64,000 nucleotides of DNA from Patulibacter sp. (GCA_047604965.1 JASGGQ010000001.1:88-64087), one strand, 5' to 3'; shown: positions 47,235 to 57,384, counted from the first letter of the stretch. Notes: a model not told the origin generated them from the letters alone. Translations and numbers: made by a program.

Positions 47235-48095
47235 TCAGGTTTTGCCGCGCCAGGGCACGGCGCGGCGCTCGAGGTTCTTGACGAGCAGGTCGAGCGCGAT
47301 CGCCGTCAGGCCGATCACGATGATGCAGAGCACCGCAGTGTCGGTTTGCTGGAACTTCTTCGTCGACCATGCAAGTCCGCCGATGCCGGGAATGCCGTCG
47401 ACCGTCTCGGCGGCGACGATCGTCGTCCACGCGAAGCCGATCGCCAGCCGCACGCCGGTGAAGAGTTCCGGCAGTACCGACGGCAAGATCACGTGCCGCA
47501 ATGCCTGGCGGCGGCCGGCACCGAGCGCGCGAATCGCATCCAGGCGCTGCTGCGGGATGCCGCGCACGCCGCTGAGCACCGAGAGCGCGATCGGCGGAAA
47601 CGCGGCCAGGAACAGGAGCCAGATCTTGGAGGTGTTCTCGATCCCGAACCAGATGATCAGCAGCGAAAAGTAGGCGAGCGGTGGCAACGCGCGGATGAAG
47701 TTGACGTACGGCTCGGCGATCAGGCGAAACCACTTGGAGGTGGCGAGTGCGAGGCCGAGCAGCAGCCCGAAGACGATGCCCAGGCCGACGCCGGAGAAGA
47801 TCCGTACCAGTGAGGCCCAGAGGTGTTCCCAGAGGAAGTAGCCGCTCAGTCCGCGCTGCCCGTTGTGGATCGTGACCGACTCCACGAAGCGCGACCACAC
47901 CGCGCTCGGCCGCGGGACGAACAGCTCGGGCCAGAGCTGCGCGGCGGCGACCGTCCACCAGACGGCGAGCAGCACGGCCAGCGAGAGCACCCGGATCGCT
48001 ACGCGCCGGCCCAGAGCCCTCGCGCTCTGCTTCGGCGTGCCATTCGCGCGGCGTGCCTTCGACGTTCGTGGGATGGCGGCGGTCCGGGTGCTCAT
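47235..48095 (-). CDS. ssuC: Aliphatic sulfonate/taurine ABC transporter permease
   Basis: I re-set the start to [10 protein letters not shown] (ATG 48095). It has six TM segments and an EAA-type loop ([27 protein letters not shown]). Confidence 0.9.
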   Translation of the reverse strand: MSTRTAAIPRTSKARRANGTPKQSARALGRRVAIRVLSLAVLLAVWWTVAAAQLWPELFVPRPSAVWSRFVESVTIHNGQRGLSGYFLWEHLWASLVRIFSGVGLGIVFGLLLGLALATSKWFRLIAEPYVNFIRALPPLAYFSLLIIWFGIENTSKIWLLFLAAFPPIALSVLSGVRGIPQQRLDAIRALGAGRRQALRHVILPSVLPELFTGVRLAIGFAWTTIVAAETVDGIPGIGGLAWSTKKFQQTDTAVLCIIVIGLTAIALDLLVKNLERRAVPWRGKT

Positions 48096-48390
48096 CGGTT
48101 GCGTTCGCGCCGTTCCCGATTCGGCGCGGCCCGTTAAATCTAGCAAACCCGACAGAGTTAATGCTATTTCCGATCTGGCGGCCCCAGCGCGCCGTGGCCT
48201 CCTCGTCGAATCGCAGCGAGATCGACGCGCCGAGTCGGCCAAACTCCGCAGCCGGTCGGCAATCCGCCCGACTCCGCATCGCAGGCCGGGATACGCTGGC
48301 CAGCAACGGATGCCAGCACAGGCGTACAACGGCAAGGAATGCGTGTGCAAAGCACGCCTCGCGCGCTGCGATCAGTCGTGCGTGCGCGAC

Positions 48391-49056
48391 ATGCTCGACA
48401 CGCCGTTCTATGTCGCCTGCCTGCGGCTGACCGACCGGCGCTGCCTCGTCGTCGGCGGTGGCGAGGTCGCCTTGGAGAAGGTCGACGGGCTGCTCGCCTG
48501 CGACGCGCAGGTGACGGTCGTCGCGCCGCAGCTCTGCGGTGAGCTGGCGCAGCTTGTCGCCGAAGGCTCGATCGACTATCTCCCGCAGCGGTATGCGCCC
48601 GCGCAGCTCGACGGCGCGTTCCTGGTGATCGCCGCCACCGACGACACCGATGTCAACATCGCCGTGTACGACGACGCCGAGCGGCGCGCGATGCTGGTCA
48701 ACGTGGTCGATGTTCCGCCGCTGTGCAACTTCATCCTGCCCGCGATCCTGCGGACCGGGCCGATCGCGATCGCGATCTCCACGGCCGGCGCGTCGCCGGC
48801 ACTGGCCAAGCGGATGAAGCGTGAGATCGGCGAGCAGTTCGGCGCGGAGTACGCGCGCCTTGCGATCCTGCTCAACGAGGCGCGCGGCTGGGCGAAGGCG
48901 ATGCTGCCGACGTATCAACACCGCAAGGCGTTCTTCGAAGCGATCGTCGACGGTGACCCGGACCCGGTCGCGCTGCTGCGCAGCGGCCGCGAAGCCGAGG
49001 TGCGCGCCGTGATCGCGCAGGCGCAGCATCAAGCCGTCAAGGAGCTTGCCGCATGA
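48391..49056 (+). CDS. Precorrin-2 dehydrogenase/sirohydrochlorin ferrochelatase (CysG N-terminal-type, SirC/Met8-like)
   Basis: The start is [31 protein letters not shown] (ATG 48391), with a Rossmann GGGxVA and the [15 protein letters not shown] block typical of siroheme synthase N-domains. Confidence 0.85.
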   Translation: MLDTPFYVACLRLTDRRCLVVGGGEVALEKVDGLLACDAQVTVVAPQLCGELAQLVAEGSIDYLPQRYAPAQLDGAFLVIAATDDTDVNIAVYDDAERRAMLVNVVDVPPLCNFILPAILRTGPIAIAISTAGASPALAKRMKREIGEQFGAEYARLAILLNEARGWAKAMLPTYQHRKAFFEAIVDGDPDPVALLRSGREAEVRAVIAQAQHQAVKELAA

Positions 49057-49583
49057 CCATCCCCGCCGTGCTCGTGATCGCACATGATGTCAACACCCCC
49101 GGCTTCGACCTCGACATCGAGGAGTACGGCCCGGAGATCGCGGCGCGGGTCGAAGCGGTCGGAGGCGACGTGCTGGCGATCGAGCTGGTGCCGCTTGGCG
49201 GGGAACTGTTCGAGGAGCGGATGCAGCACTACATCGATGGCGAAGTGGCGCTGTTGCTGACGATCGGTGGTGCCGGCATCGGGCCCGACGACATCGTCCC
49301 GGAGCTGACCTCGATCATCGTGGAGCGGCGTGTGCCGGGACTCGAAGAGCTGATGCGCCGCGCGTTGGCCGACGAAGCGCCGGCCGGCAGCCTGGAGCGC
49401 GGCGCCTGCGGCATCGCCGGCGGGACGCTGGTCGTCAACCTGCCGCGCGAACTGCGGCTGATCGAAACGGCGCTGGCGTCGCTGGCGCCGGTCCTGCCGA
49501 CGATCCACACTCGTCTTCAAGGGCGCGAACCGTCGCCGGATGCCGGTGACGGTTCGCCGCCAGGCGACGAGTACGACGAATAG
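49053..49583 (+). CDS. MoaB/MogA-like molybdopterin-binding-domain protein
   Basis: 176 aa with [18 protein letters not shown] (the TTGGTG...D.TPE motif analogue) and [18 protein letters not shown] overlap with the upstream gene. Confidence 0.65.
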   Translation: MTIPAVLVIAHDVNTPGFDLDIEEYGPEIAARVEAVGGDVLAIELVPLGGELFEERMQHYIDGEVALLLTIGGAGIGPDDIVPELTSIIVERRVPGLEELMRRALADEAPAGSLERGACGIAGGTLVVNLPRELRLIETALASLAPVLPTIHTRLQGREPSPDAGDGSPPGDEYDE

Positions 49584-50318
49584 GTGGCCGCCACGATGCC
49601 AGCCGCCGCGCCGCCGGGTCCGGCTCCGGCGGCGGCACTGCCCGCCGTCGCGGCGCGTGAACTGGCCGTCGCGCATGGCGTGCGACCGGTGATCGCCAAC
49701 CTGACGTTCGAGGTGCCGGCCGGGGCGACGGTGGCACTGCTCGGCCCGAACGGCACCGGCAAATCGACGTTGCTGCGCGTGCTTGCCGGATTGCGGGCGC
49801 CACGCGGCGGCGAGCTGACGGTGCTCGGACACCGGTTGCCGGCGGAGCGGTGGGCGTTGCGCGGGCAGGTGGGGCTCGTCGCCCACCAGCCGCTGCTGTA
49901 TCGCGAGCTGACGGTCGCGGAGAACCTGCGGTATCACGCTGGACTGCATGGCCTCCCGCGAGCGCGCGTGCGCGAGCTGATGCAGCAGGCGGAGCTAACG
50001 GCGCGCGCCGATCAGCCGGTCGGCGCGCTGTCGCGCGGGCTGGTGCAGCGCACCTCGGTGGCGCGCGCGCTGCTTGCCGACCCGCCGCTGCTGCTGCTCG
50101 ATGAGCCGTTTGCGAATCTCGACCCGGTCGCCCTGCATCTCGTCGGCGGCCTGCTCGGCCCGCGCGAGGGCCGTACCCGCGTGATCGCTAGCCACGATCC
50201 GGCCGGGGCGCTCGCCGGCGCCGATCTGGTCGTGGTGCTCGGCCCGGCGGCGACCGTGCGGTATGCCGGACCGGTGAGCGGCGTCAGCGTCGCCGAGGTG
50301 GAGGCGATGTACCGATGA
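49584..50318 (+). CDS. ccmA: Heme exporter ATP-binding protein CcmA (System I cytochrome c maturation)
   Basis: Walker A GPNGTGKST, signature LSRGLVQR, Walker B LLLDEPFANLD. It is followed by ccmB and ccmC. Confidence 0.85.
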   Translation: MAATMPAAAPPGPAPAAALPAVAARELAVAHGVRPVIANLTFEVPAGATVALLGPNGTGKSTLLRVLAGLRAPRGGELTVLGHRLPAERWALRGQVGLVAHQPLLYRELTVAENLRYHAGLHGLPRARVRELMQQAELTARADQPVGALSRGLVQRTSVARALLADPPLLLLDEPFANLDPVALHLVGGLLGPREGRTRVIASHDPAGALAGADLVVVLGPAATVRYAGPVSGVSVAEVEAMYR

Positions 50319-50992
50319 GTGGGCTGCGCGCGACGCTGCTGGTGCTCCGCAAGGATCTGCTGCTGGAGCGCCGCACCTTCGAGCTGCTGCCCTCGATGGG
50401 GCTGCTGGCGCTCGGTACCGTCGTGCTGATGCGCTTCGCGCTCAATCGCGACGCCGTCGACGGCGACCTCGCGGCCGGTACCTTGCTGATCCCGCTGCTG
50501 CTGGCCGCGCTGCTTGGGATCGCACGGCTCTTCGCGGCCGAAGAGCAGGACGCCGGAATCGACCAGTTTTTGCTGTCGCCCGCGCCGTCCGGCGCGCTGC
50601 TGGCCGCCAAGGTGATCGGCTTGCTGCTCGTGCTCGTGACGCTCGAACTGGTGCTGGTGCCGCTCTTCGCGTTGCTGTTGCTCGACCCGCCGCTGGCGCC
50701 GGTGCTACCGCAGATCGTGCTGGTGTTGTTGCTGCTCGATGTGGCGCTGGCGGTGATCGGTGGGCTGGTTGCCGGCCTCGCGATCGGCTCGCGCAGCCGG
50801 GAGCTGCTGATCCCGATTTTGGTGGTGCCGTTTGCGCTGCCGGCGCTGATTGCGGCGCAGGCGGCGCTGGCGCCGGTGCTCGCCACCGAGCCCGGCCCAC
50901 TGGCGACCCGGTGGCCGGCGGTCGTCGCCATCTATGCTGTGATCCTCGGCCTCGTCGGCTCTGTCCTGGCTGAGTTCCTCGTCGAAGACTGA
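50315..50992 (+). CDS. ccmB: Heme exporter membrane protein CcmB
   Basis: 225 aa with six TM segments. The N-terminus LLVLRKDLLLERRTFELL is typical of CcmB. ATGA overlap with ccmA. Confidence 0.82.
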   Translation: MSGLRATLLVLRKDLLLERRTFELLPSMGLLALGTVVLMRFALNRDAVDGDLAAGTLLIPLLLAALLGIARLFAAEEQDAGIDQFLLSPAPSGALLAAKVIGLLLVLVTLELVLVPLFALLLLDPPLAPVLPQIVLVLLLLDVALAVIGGLVAGLAIGSRSRELLIPILVVPFALPALIAAQAALAPVLATEPGPLATRWPAVVAIYAVILGLVGSVLAEFLVED

Positions 50993-51018
50993 CGCGGCCT
51001 CCCGAACCTTCCGCCTTC

Positions 51019-51741
51019 ATGACCGTCCGCGGCCTCCGCCCCCTGTCGATCCTCTCGGCCGCGCTGATCGCGGTCGGCTTCGGCATGGTCTTCTTCTATG
51101 CGCCGCTCGACGCCGACCAAGGCTTCCGGCAGAAGATCTTCTACCTGCATGTGCCGCTGGGCATCATCGGCCTCGTTGGCTTCATCCTCGGTGGCTGGCA
51201 TGGGCTGCGCTACCTGCGCAGCGGGAACGGCGCGCACGATCTGAAGTCGTACGTGTACATCCACCAGGCGCAGATTGTCGCGGTCGCGGTGCTGATCACC
51301 GGTTCGATCTGGGGCCGCACCGCGTGGGGTGCGTGGTGGCGCTGGGATGAACCGTTCCTGGTGTCGTTCCTGTTTTTGTTCCTGATCTACGCGACCTATC
51401 AGGTGCTGCGCTTCTCGATCGACGATCCGCAACGCCAGGCGCGGGCGGCGAGCGCCTTCGCCGTGGCGGCCGGCGCGTTCGTGCCGGTGAACTTCACCGT
51501 CGTGCGGATGGCGAACGAGTACATCCACCCGCGCACGCTCGACAACGCCGCCAGCGGCGGATTGCCCGGCCCGGTGCTCGCGACCTTCCTCGTTTGCTTC
51601 GCGGCGATTACCGTGCTCTTCATGACGCTCGTGCGGTACGAGTTGCTGTCGAAGGCGACGACCTTCCGCCTGCGTGCGCTGGAGCGCCGGGCCGGGGGCG
51701 ATGACCTGCTCCCTCGCCGATCGGCGGTGCTTGAAGCATGA
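51019..51741 (+). CDS. ccmC: Heme exporter/heme-handling protein CcmC
   Basis: 240 aa. Tryptophan-rich WWD motif WGRTAWGAWWRWDEP, and conserved His contexts (QKIFYLHVPLG, EYIHPR). Confidence 0.88.
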   Translation: MTVRGLRPLSILSAALIAVGFGMVFFYAPLDADQGFRQKIFYLHVPLGIIGLVGFILGGWHGLRYLRSGNGAHDLKSYVYIHQAQIVAVAVLITGSIWGRTAWGAWWRWDEPFLVSFLFLFLIYATYQVLRFSIDDPQRQARAASAFAVAAGAFVPVNFTVVRMANEYIHPRTLDNAASGGLPGPVLATFLVCFAAITVLFMTLVRYELLSKATTFRLRALERRAGGDDLLPRRSAVLEA

Positions 51742-52010
51742 GCGTGCCGAGTGTGGTGGCGATGGTCCCGGAGGACTCCGGCGGCCCGTACGTGATCGCG
51801 GCGTACGTCGTGTTCTTGACGATCGTCGTGATCTACGTGGCGATCATGGCGCAGCGACTGACGCGGCTCACCCGCCAGGCCGACGCGATCCAGGCGCGCC
51901 TGGATGCGCGCGACGCCGCAGCACGCGATACCGGCGCGAGCGCCGCGCCCGGCGCCGCGCCGAACGCCGCCGCAGTGCCGGCCGCGACAGCGGAAGGGGC
52001 TCCGCGATGA
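51738..52010 (+). CDS. ccmD: CcmD-like small membrane protein
   Basis: 90 aa with a single TM (PYVIAAYVVFLTIVVIYVAIMAQRL) followed by a basic stretch. ATGA overlaps with both ccmC and hemA. Confidence 0.65.
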   Translation: MSVPSVVAMVPEDSGGPYVIAAYVVFLTIVVIYVAIMAQRLTRLTRQADAIQARLDARDAAARDTGASAAPGAAPNAAAVPAATAEGAPR

Positions 52011-53335
52011 GTGAATTGCTGACGATCGGCGTCACGCACCGCACCGCACCGGTGGCGTTGCGCGAGCGGCTCGCGCTGCCGAACGACGGCGCCGGGCATG
52101 TGCTCAGCGAACTGGCGGCTGGCGCCGGTGCGATCCACGAACTGGTCGCGATCTCGACCTGCAACCGGACGGAGATCACCGTGCTGGCCGCCGATGCCGG
52201 CCACGCCCGCGCCGGTCTGGTCGACGTGCTCTCGCGCCGTGGCGGCGTTCGCGCCGACGACCTCGAAGATGTGCTCTTTACGCTGCACGACGACGAGGTG
52301 CCGCGCCACCTGTTCCGCGTCGCCTCCGGCCTTGATTCGATGGTGCTCGGCGAAGCGGAGATCCTCGGCCAAGTGCGCCGCGCGCATGAACTTGCGCGGT
52401 CGGCCGGGACCAGCGGCCCGACGCTCGACCGGCTCTTTGCCGACGCGCTGGCGACCGGTGGTCGCGTGCGTGCCGAAACGGCGCTCGGTCACGGTGCGAT
52501 GTCGATCTCATCGCTGGCGGCGCAGGTCGCCGAACGCGACCTCGGCGATCTGACCGGCCGCAGCGTCGTGATCATCGGTGCCGGGGAGACCGCTGAGCTG
52601 GCCGCCGCCGCGTTCCATCAGCGGGGCGTCGCAGCGCTCTTTGTGGCCAACCGCCGGGCGACCCGTGCGATGTGCCTGGCCGCGCGCTTCGAGGGTGGCG
52701 TCGCATCGCTCGATCGCCTGCCGGAGATGCTCGTTTCGGCCGATGTGGTCGTCGCCGCGACCGCATCGCCGCACCCGATTCTGCATCGCGATGCCGTCGC
52801 CGAGGTGCTGCCCGAGCGCGCCGGCCGGCCGCTGCTGCTGCTCGATCTGGCCGTCCCGCGCGATATCGAGCCGTCGGTCGGCGAGCTCGGCGGCGTGACG
52901 CGCTACGACCTCGACGGCCTCGGGCGGGTGATCGCCCGCAACCAGACGGTGCGCGAAGTCGAGGCGGTGCGCGCCGAGGCGATCGTCGACGATGAACGCG
53001 CCCGCTTCGGCGAGTGGATGGCAACGCGCGGCGTCGCGCCGACGATCGCGGCGATGCACCGTCAGGCCGACGAGATCGTCGAGCGCGTGCTGCAAGAGAA
53101 CGCGGCCCGCTGGGAATCGGCGTCGACTCGTGACCGCGCGCGCATCGAAGCGGTCGCGCGCGCCGTCGCGACGCGCATCCTGCATGAGCCGACGATCCGT
53201 CTGCGGTCGCTCGATCCCGCCGCCGGCCACCGCCGCGTGGAGATCTTGCGCGAACTGTTCGGCCTCGACGGTGAGGTGGAGGACGGTTCGACGCTGCCCG
53301 CCGATGTGCCGACCGGCCACCGTCCGCTGCGGTGA
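52007..53335 (+). CDS. hemA: Glutamyl-tRNA reductase
   Basis: The start is MSELLTIGVTHRTAPVALRE (ATG 52007). Catalytic Cys motif ISTCNRTE, SGLDSMVLGEAEILGQV, and NADPH fold VIIGAGETAE. Confidence 0.95.
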   Translation: MSELLTIGVTHRTAPVALRERLALPNDGAGHVLSELAAGAGAIHELVAISTCNRTEITVLAADAGHARAGLVDVLSRRGGVRADDLEDVLFTLHDDEVPRHLFRVASGLDSMVLGEAEILGQVRRAHELARSAGTSGPTLDRLFADALATGGRVRAETALGHGAMSISSLAAQVAERDLGDLTGRSVVIIGAGETAELAAAAFHQRGVAALFVANRRATRAMCLAARFEGGVASLDRLPEMLVSADVVVAATASPHPILHRDAVAEVLPERAGRPLLLLDLAVPRDIEPSVGELGGVTRYDLDGLGRVIARNQTVREVEAVRAEAIVDDERARFGEWMATRGVAPTIAAMHRQADEIVERVLQENAARWESASTRDRARIEAVARAVATRILHEPTIRLRSLDPAAGHRRVEILRELFGLDGEVEDGSTLPADVPTGHRPLR

Positions 53336-54189
53336 TCCGGCTCGGGACGCGCGGGAGTGCGCTGGCGCTGTGGCAGGCGCGATGGGCGGCGGAGCTGCTC
53401 GGTGGCGAGGTGGAGATCGTCACGATCACAACGACCGGCGATCGCGATCGGGCGTTGCCGGATAAGGAGAAGTGGGTGCGCGAGCTGGACGCCGCGCTGC
53501 TGCGCGACGAGATCGACCTGGCTGTCCACTCCGCCAAGGACATTCCCGGCGTGCTGGCCGACGGCGTGGCGCTGGTGGCCGCGCTGCCGCGCGAAGATCC
53601 GCGCGACGCGCTCGTCGGCGCCGCGTCGGTTGATGCGCTGGCGCCGGGCGCGCGGGTCGGCACCAGCAGTCTGCGCCGCGCCGGTCAGCTGCTCGCCTGG
53701 CGGCCGGATTTGTCGGTGGTGCCGCTGCGCGGCAACGTCGATACCCGGTTGCGCAAGCTCGCAGATGGCGACGTCGATGCGGCGGTGCTCGCGCAGGCCG
53801 GGCTGATCCGGCTTGGGCACGGCTCGGTCGGCGAGCCGCTCGACGCGCTGGTGCCGGCACCGGGGCAGGGGATCGTGGCGCTGACGGCCCGTGCGCGCGA
53901 CGCGGAGGCCGGCGCGGCGGCGATCACGATCAATGATGCGGCGGCGCTGACGGCGCTGCGAGCCGAGCGGGCGATTGGCGTGGCGCTCGGCGCCGACTGC
54001 ACGACGGCGATCGGTGCCAACGCGCGGATCGTCAACGATGAGCTGCTGGAGTTGCGGGTCGTTGTGACCGCCGCCGACGGTTCGCGCGTGGTTCGCGATC
54101 TCGTCGACGGTCCGGTTGAGGCACCGGAAGTGCTGGCGGCAAGCTGCGCGACGCGCCTGCGTGCGGCCGGCGTCGACGAGCTGCTCTGA
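53332..54189 (+). CDS. hemC: Hydroxymethylbilane synthase (porphobilinogen deaminase)
   Basis: MIRLGTRGSALALWQA...TTTGDR...HSAKD...RGNVDTRL. GTGA overlap with hemA. Confidence 0.95.
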   Translation: MIRLGTRGSALALWQARWAAELLGGEVEIVTITTTGDRDRALPDKEKWVRELDAALLRDEIDLAVHSAKDIPGVLADGVALVAALPREDPRDALVGAASVDALAPGARVGTSSLRRAGQLLAWRPDLSVVPLRGNVDTRLRKLADGDVDAAVLAQAGLIRLGHGSVGEPLDALVPAPGQGIVALTARARDAEAGAAAITINDAAALTALRAERAIGVALGADCTTAIGANARIVNDELLELRVVVTAADGSRVVRDLVDGPVEAPEVLAASCATRLRAAGVDELL

Positions 54190-54237
54190 GGCTGCGGCGC
54201 AACACGCTCGAAACCGCCGACCTGCTTTGATCGGCTC

Positions 54238-55878
54238 GTGAGCGACGAGGGCATGCTGGATGTGGCCGAGCCGCGCGGGATCGGCAAGCACTTTGTGGCG
54301 CCGTCGCCGCGCCAAGCCGGCGGGGATGGCGCACAGCTCGATCAGCTGGCGGCGGCGCTGCGGCTCGGCGCGGCGGAGCCAGGCGTCGTGTATCTCGTTG
54401 GCGCTGGCCCCGGCGATCCGGGATTGATCACGGCGCGGGCGGCGCGGCTCGTCGCGACCGCCGATGTGATCTTGCATGATCTGCTCGTCGCGCGGGAGGT
54501 GCTCGCACTCGCCCGGCCCGATGCGGAGCTGTACGACGTCGGCAAGGTCGGTGACGGCCGGCATGTCGCGCAGGAGGACACCAATGCGTTGCTGACGCAG
54601 CTCGCGGGGGAGGGGCGCAGCGTCGTGCGGCTCAAGGGCGGCGACCCGTTTGTGTTTGGCCGGGGTGGCGAAGAGCTTGGCGAGTTGCTCGCGGCCGGCG
54701 TGCGTGCCGAGGTCGTCGCGGGGGTCACGAGCGGGACCGGCGCGTTGGCGTCAGCGGGGATTCCCGGAACGCATCGCGGGGTCGCGAGCGCCGTCGCGTT
54801 CGTGACGGGGCATGGCGCTGGCGATACGCCCGATGGTGCCCGCGATTGGCATTCGCTGGCGACCTTCCCCGGCACGCTGGTCTTCTACATGGCCGTCAAG
54901 GCGCTGCCGACGATCGCGCGGGAACTTGTCGCACATGGCCGTCCTGCCGATCAGCCGGTGGCGATCGTTGAGCGTGGCACGACCGACCGCCAGCGGACGA
55001 CGCGCGCCGCGCTCGGTGAGATCGCCGATGTTGCCGCTCGGGTGGGCGTGCGGGCGCCGGCGCTGGTGGTCGTCGGGCCGGTCGCGGCGCTCGCCGACCG
55101 GCTCGATTGGCGGGGCGCGCGGCCGTTGGCGGGCCGCACGGTGGTGGTGACGCGAGCCGGCGATCAGGCCGGCAGTTTGGCGGGCCGGCTGCGTGGCTTG
55201 GGCGCGACGGTGTTGGAGCTGCCGGCGATCGAGATCGTGCCGACCGGCGCGCCGCTGCCGGAGCTTGCGGGCGTCGATCTGTTGACGGTGACCAGTCCGG
55301 CCGGCGCGCGTGCGTTGTGGGACACGTTGCGCGCATCGGGCCGCGATGCGCGCGCGCTGGCGCAGGTCGGCACGTTGGTCGCGCTTGGTCCGGGCACGGC
55401 CGATGCGCTGGCGCGCTTCGGTGTGATGGCCGATTTGATGCCGCGCCGCGCCGTGAGCGAGGGGCTGATCGAAGCGCTTGACGATGCGCAGTTGCGGCCG
55501 CGCCGCGTGGTGGTGGTGCAGGCGCAGGATGGCCGGCCGGTGCTGGCGCGCGAGCTTGCCAAGCGTGGCGCGCAGGTGACCGTTGCGGCGCTGCATCGCA
55601 CGCAGCCGGTCGCGCTCAGCGCGGCGCAGCTGGAGACCTTGCGCGGCGCCGACGCGATGCTCTTTGCGTCCGGGTCGGCGGCGAAGTCGGTCGTTGCGTC
55701 GCTCGTTGCCTCCGGTACCGGCGACGTGCGCGCCGCGCTTGGGTCGGCGCAGCCGGTCGCGATCGGCCCGACGACCGAGGTCGCGCTGCGCGACCTCGGC
55801 GTGCAGCCCGCGAAGGTCGCCGATCCTCACACGCTCGACGGCCTGATCGACGCGACGATCGCGCTGCTCGGACGGTAG
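54238..55878 (+). CDS. Bifunctional uroporphyrinogen-III C-methyltransferase / uroporphyrinogen-III synthase
   Basis: CobA/SUMT motifs VYLVGAGPGDPGLIT and LKGGDPFVFGRGGEE are followed by a HemD domain (LAGRTVVVTRAGDQAGSLAGRLRGLGATVLELPAIEI). The start is 54238 (GTG) or 54253 (ATG). Confidence 0.9.
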   Translation: MSDEGMLDVAEPRGIGKHFVAPSPRQAGGDGAQLDQLAAALRLGAAEPGVVYLVGAGPGDPGLITARAARLVATADVILHDLLVAREVLALARPDAELYDVGKVGDGRHVAQEDTNALLTQLAGEGRSVVRLKGGDPFVFGRGGEELGELLAAGVRAEVVAGVTSGTGALASAGIPGTHRGVASAVAFVTGHGAGDTPDGARDWHSLATFPGTLVFYMAVKALPTIARELVAHGRPADQPVAIVERGTTDRQRTTRAALGEIADVAARVGVRAPALVVVGPVAALADRLDWRGARPLAGRTVVVTRAGDQAGSLAGRLRGLGATVLELPAIEIVPTGAPLPELAGVDLLTVTSPAGARALWDTLRASGRDARALAQVGTLVALGPGTADALARFGVMADLMPRRAVSEGLIEALDDAQLRPRRVVVVQAQDGRPVLARELAKRGAQVTVAALHRTQPVALSAAQLETLRGADAMLFASGSAAKSVVASLVASGTGDVRAALGSAQPVAIGPTTEVALRDLGVQPAKVADPHTLDGLIDATIALLGR

Positions 55879-55902
55879 CTGGTGGATTCCGCGAGGCGCG
55901 TG

Positions 55903-57384
55903 CTACGCCGGCACGACCGGTGGGCGAGCCTCCCGGCGCAGCAACCCGGCGTTGTGATCGTCGATGAGCGTGCGGACCGTCTCCTGCGCGCAGCGCTTGT
56001 TCGTACCGATGAATCCGCTTGGCCCGCGTTTGATCCAGCCGGCGACGTAGGTCGATCGCACCGCCGCACCGGTGACCGGGTCGATGACACGGCCGCCGTC
56101 GTTCGGGACGACGCCGCGTTCGCCGTCGTACGGCAGGCCTGGGACGGGGAGCCCGCGGTACCCGATCGCGCTGAGTACCAGGCCGGAGTCGAGCGTGAGC
56201 TCTGCGCCCGCGTCGCCGCCGTGTGTGCGCGCGAAGCTGATCGTCTCGGCGGCGCGCTCGCCGTCGATGCGTGTGGCGGTAAGCCCGTAGCGCAGCGAGA
56301 TCGTCCGGCCGCCCGCCGCTGGCCGGGACGCAAGCTCACGCAGCAGTTCGAGCTTGCGTGCCACACCGGGCTCAGTCGCGTGATCGCCGGCGGCGTCCGG
56401 CAACGCGGACTGGTCCACGTCGAGCGTGATCCCCGGCGTGCTCGCGAGACCGACCAGCTCCGGCAGCGTGAACGCCGAGTGCTCGGGGCCGCGGCGGCCT
56501 ACGACGACGATCTCCTCGATCTCGCTGGCGGCCAGCGCGGCCAGCGCGTGCGGCGCGATCTCGGTATCGGCAAGCGTCTGCGGATCGACGGCGAGGATCC
56601 GCGCGACGTCGAGCGCGACGTTGCCGTTGCCGATCACGACGGCGCGCCGCACACCGGCGAAGCCGAACCGACGGTCGGCGAAGTCCGGATGGCCGTTGTA
56701 CCAACCGACCAGCGCGGTCGCCGACGCCACGCCGGGGAGCTCCGCGCCCGGGATGTCGAGCGGCTTGTCGGCAAGCGCGCCGACGGCGTAGATCACCGCG
56801 TCGTGACGATCGAGCAGGTCGTCGTGGGAGAGATCGCGGCCGATCTCCACCCCGAGCCGCATCGTCAAGCGCCGGTGCCCGCGGATCTTGTCGAGCTGCC
56901 GCGTGACACGCCGCGTGCGGCGGTGATCGGGCGCGACGCCGCTGCGCACCAGGCCGTACGGGCGGTCGAGCCGTTCGTAGACGGTCACCTGCGCGCGCGG
57001 GATGGTGAGGAGCTCGTCTGCCGCGTACATCGCCGCCGGGCCGGAGCCGACGATGGCGACCCGCAGCGGCAGACCGAAGTCCCGCACCCGCAGGCGCGGA
57101 GGGAGCGGCGCCAGCAGCGGACGCTCGCGACGCACCGCGTGGTACTCGGCGTTGATCGCCAGGAACTCCTGCTCAGATGGGGCCAGCTCATGCGCCGGCT
57201 TGATCGCGTCAACCGGGCAGGCGGTGCGGCAGGCACCGCAGTCGACGCAGGACGCGGGATCGACGAACAGCATCTCCGCCAGCTCGAACGCAGGGTCGTC
57301 CGGCGTCGGCTGGATGCAGTTGACCGGGCAGGCGTAGACGCACGAGCCGTCTCCGACGCACGACTGGGTGACGGCGTGCGGCAT
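55903..57384 (-). CDS. fprB: Ferredoxin fused to FprA-type NADPH-ferredoxin reductase (FprB-like)
   Basis: N-terminal Fe-S ferredoxin motifs CVGDGSCVYACP and CVDCGACRTACP, followed by a glutathione-reductase-type FAD/NADPH domain (VAIVGSGPAAMYAA, VVIGNGNVALD). The symbol is by analogy to mycobacterial FprB. Confidence 0.9.
   Translation of the reverse strand: MPHAVTQSCVGDGSCVYACPVNCIQPTPDDPAFELAEMLFVDPASCVDCGACRTACPVDAIKPAHELAPSEQEFLAINAEYHAVRRERPLLAPLPPRLRVRDFGLPLRVAIVGSGPAAMYAADELLTIPRAQVTVYERLDRPYGLVRSGVAPDHRRTRRVTRQLDKIRGHRRLTMRLGVEIGRDLSHDDLLDRHDAVIYAVGALADKPLDIPGAELPGVASATALVGWYNGHPDFADRRFGFAGVRRAVVIGNGNVALDVARILAVDPQTLADTEIAPHALAALAASEIEEIVVVGRRGPEHSAFTLPELVGLASTPGITLDVDQSALPDAAGDHATEPGVARKLELLRELASRPAAGGRTISLRYGLTATRIDGERAAETISFARTHGGDAGAELTLDSGLVLSAIGYRGLPVPGLPYDGERGVVPNDGGRVIDPVTGAAVRSTYVAGWIKRGPSGFIGTNKRCAQETVRTLIDDHNAGLLRREARPPVVPA

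Noticed and set aside
46798-49083. A 761-aa minus-strand ORF spanning ssuA, ssuC, the divergent promoter region and sirC.
   Set aside because: It crosses an intergenic promoter region and lies out of frame with or antisense to well-supported genes. Its composition is Arg-rich. It is a shadow ORF.
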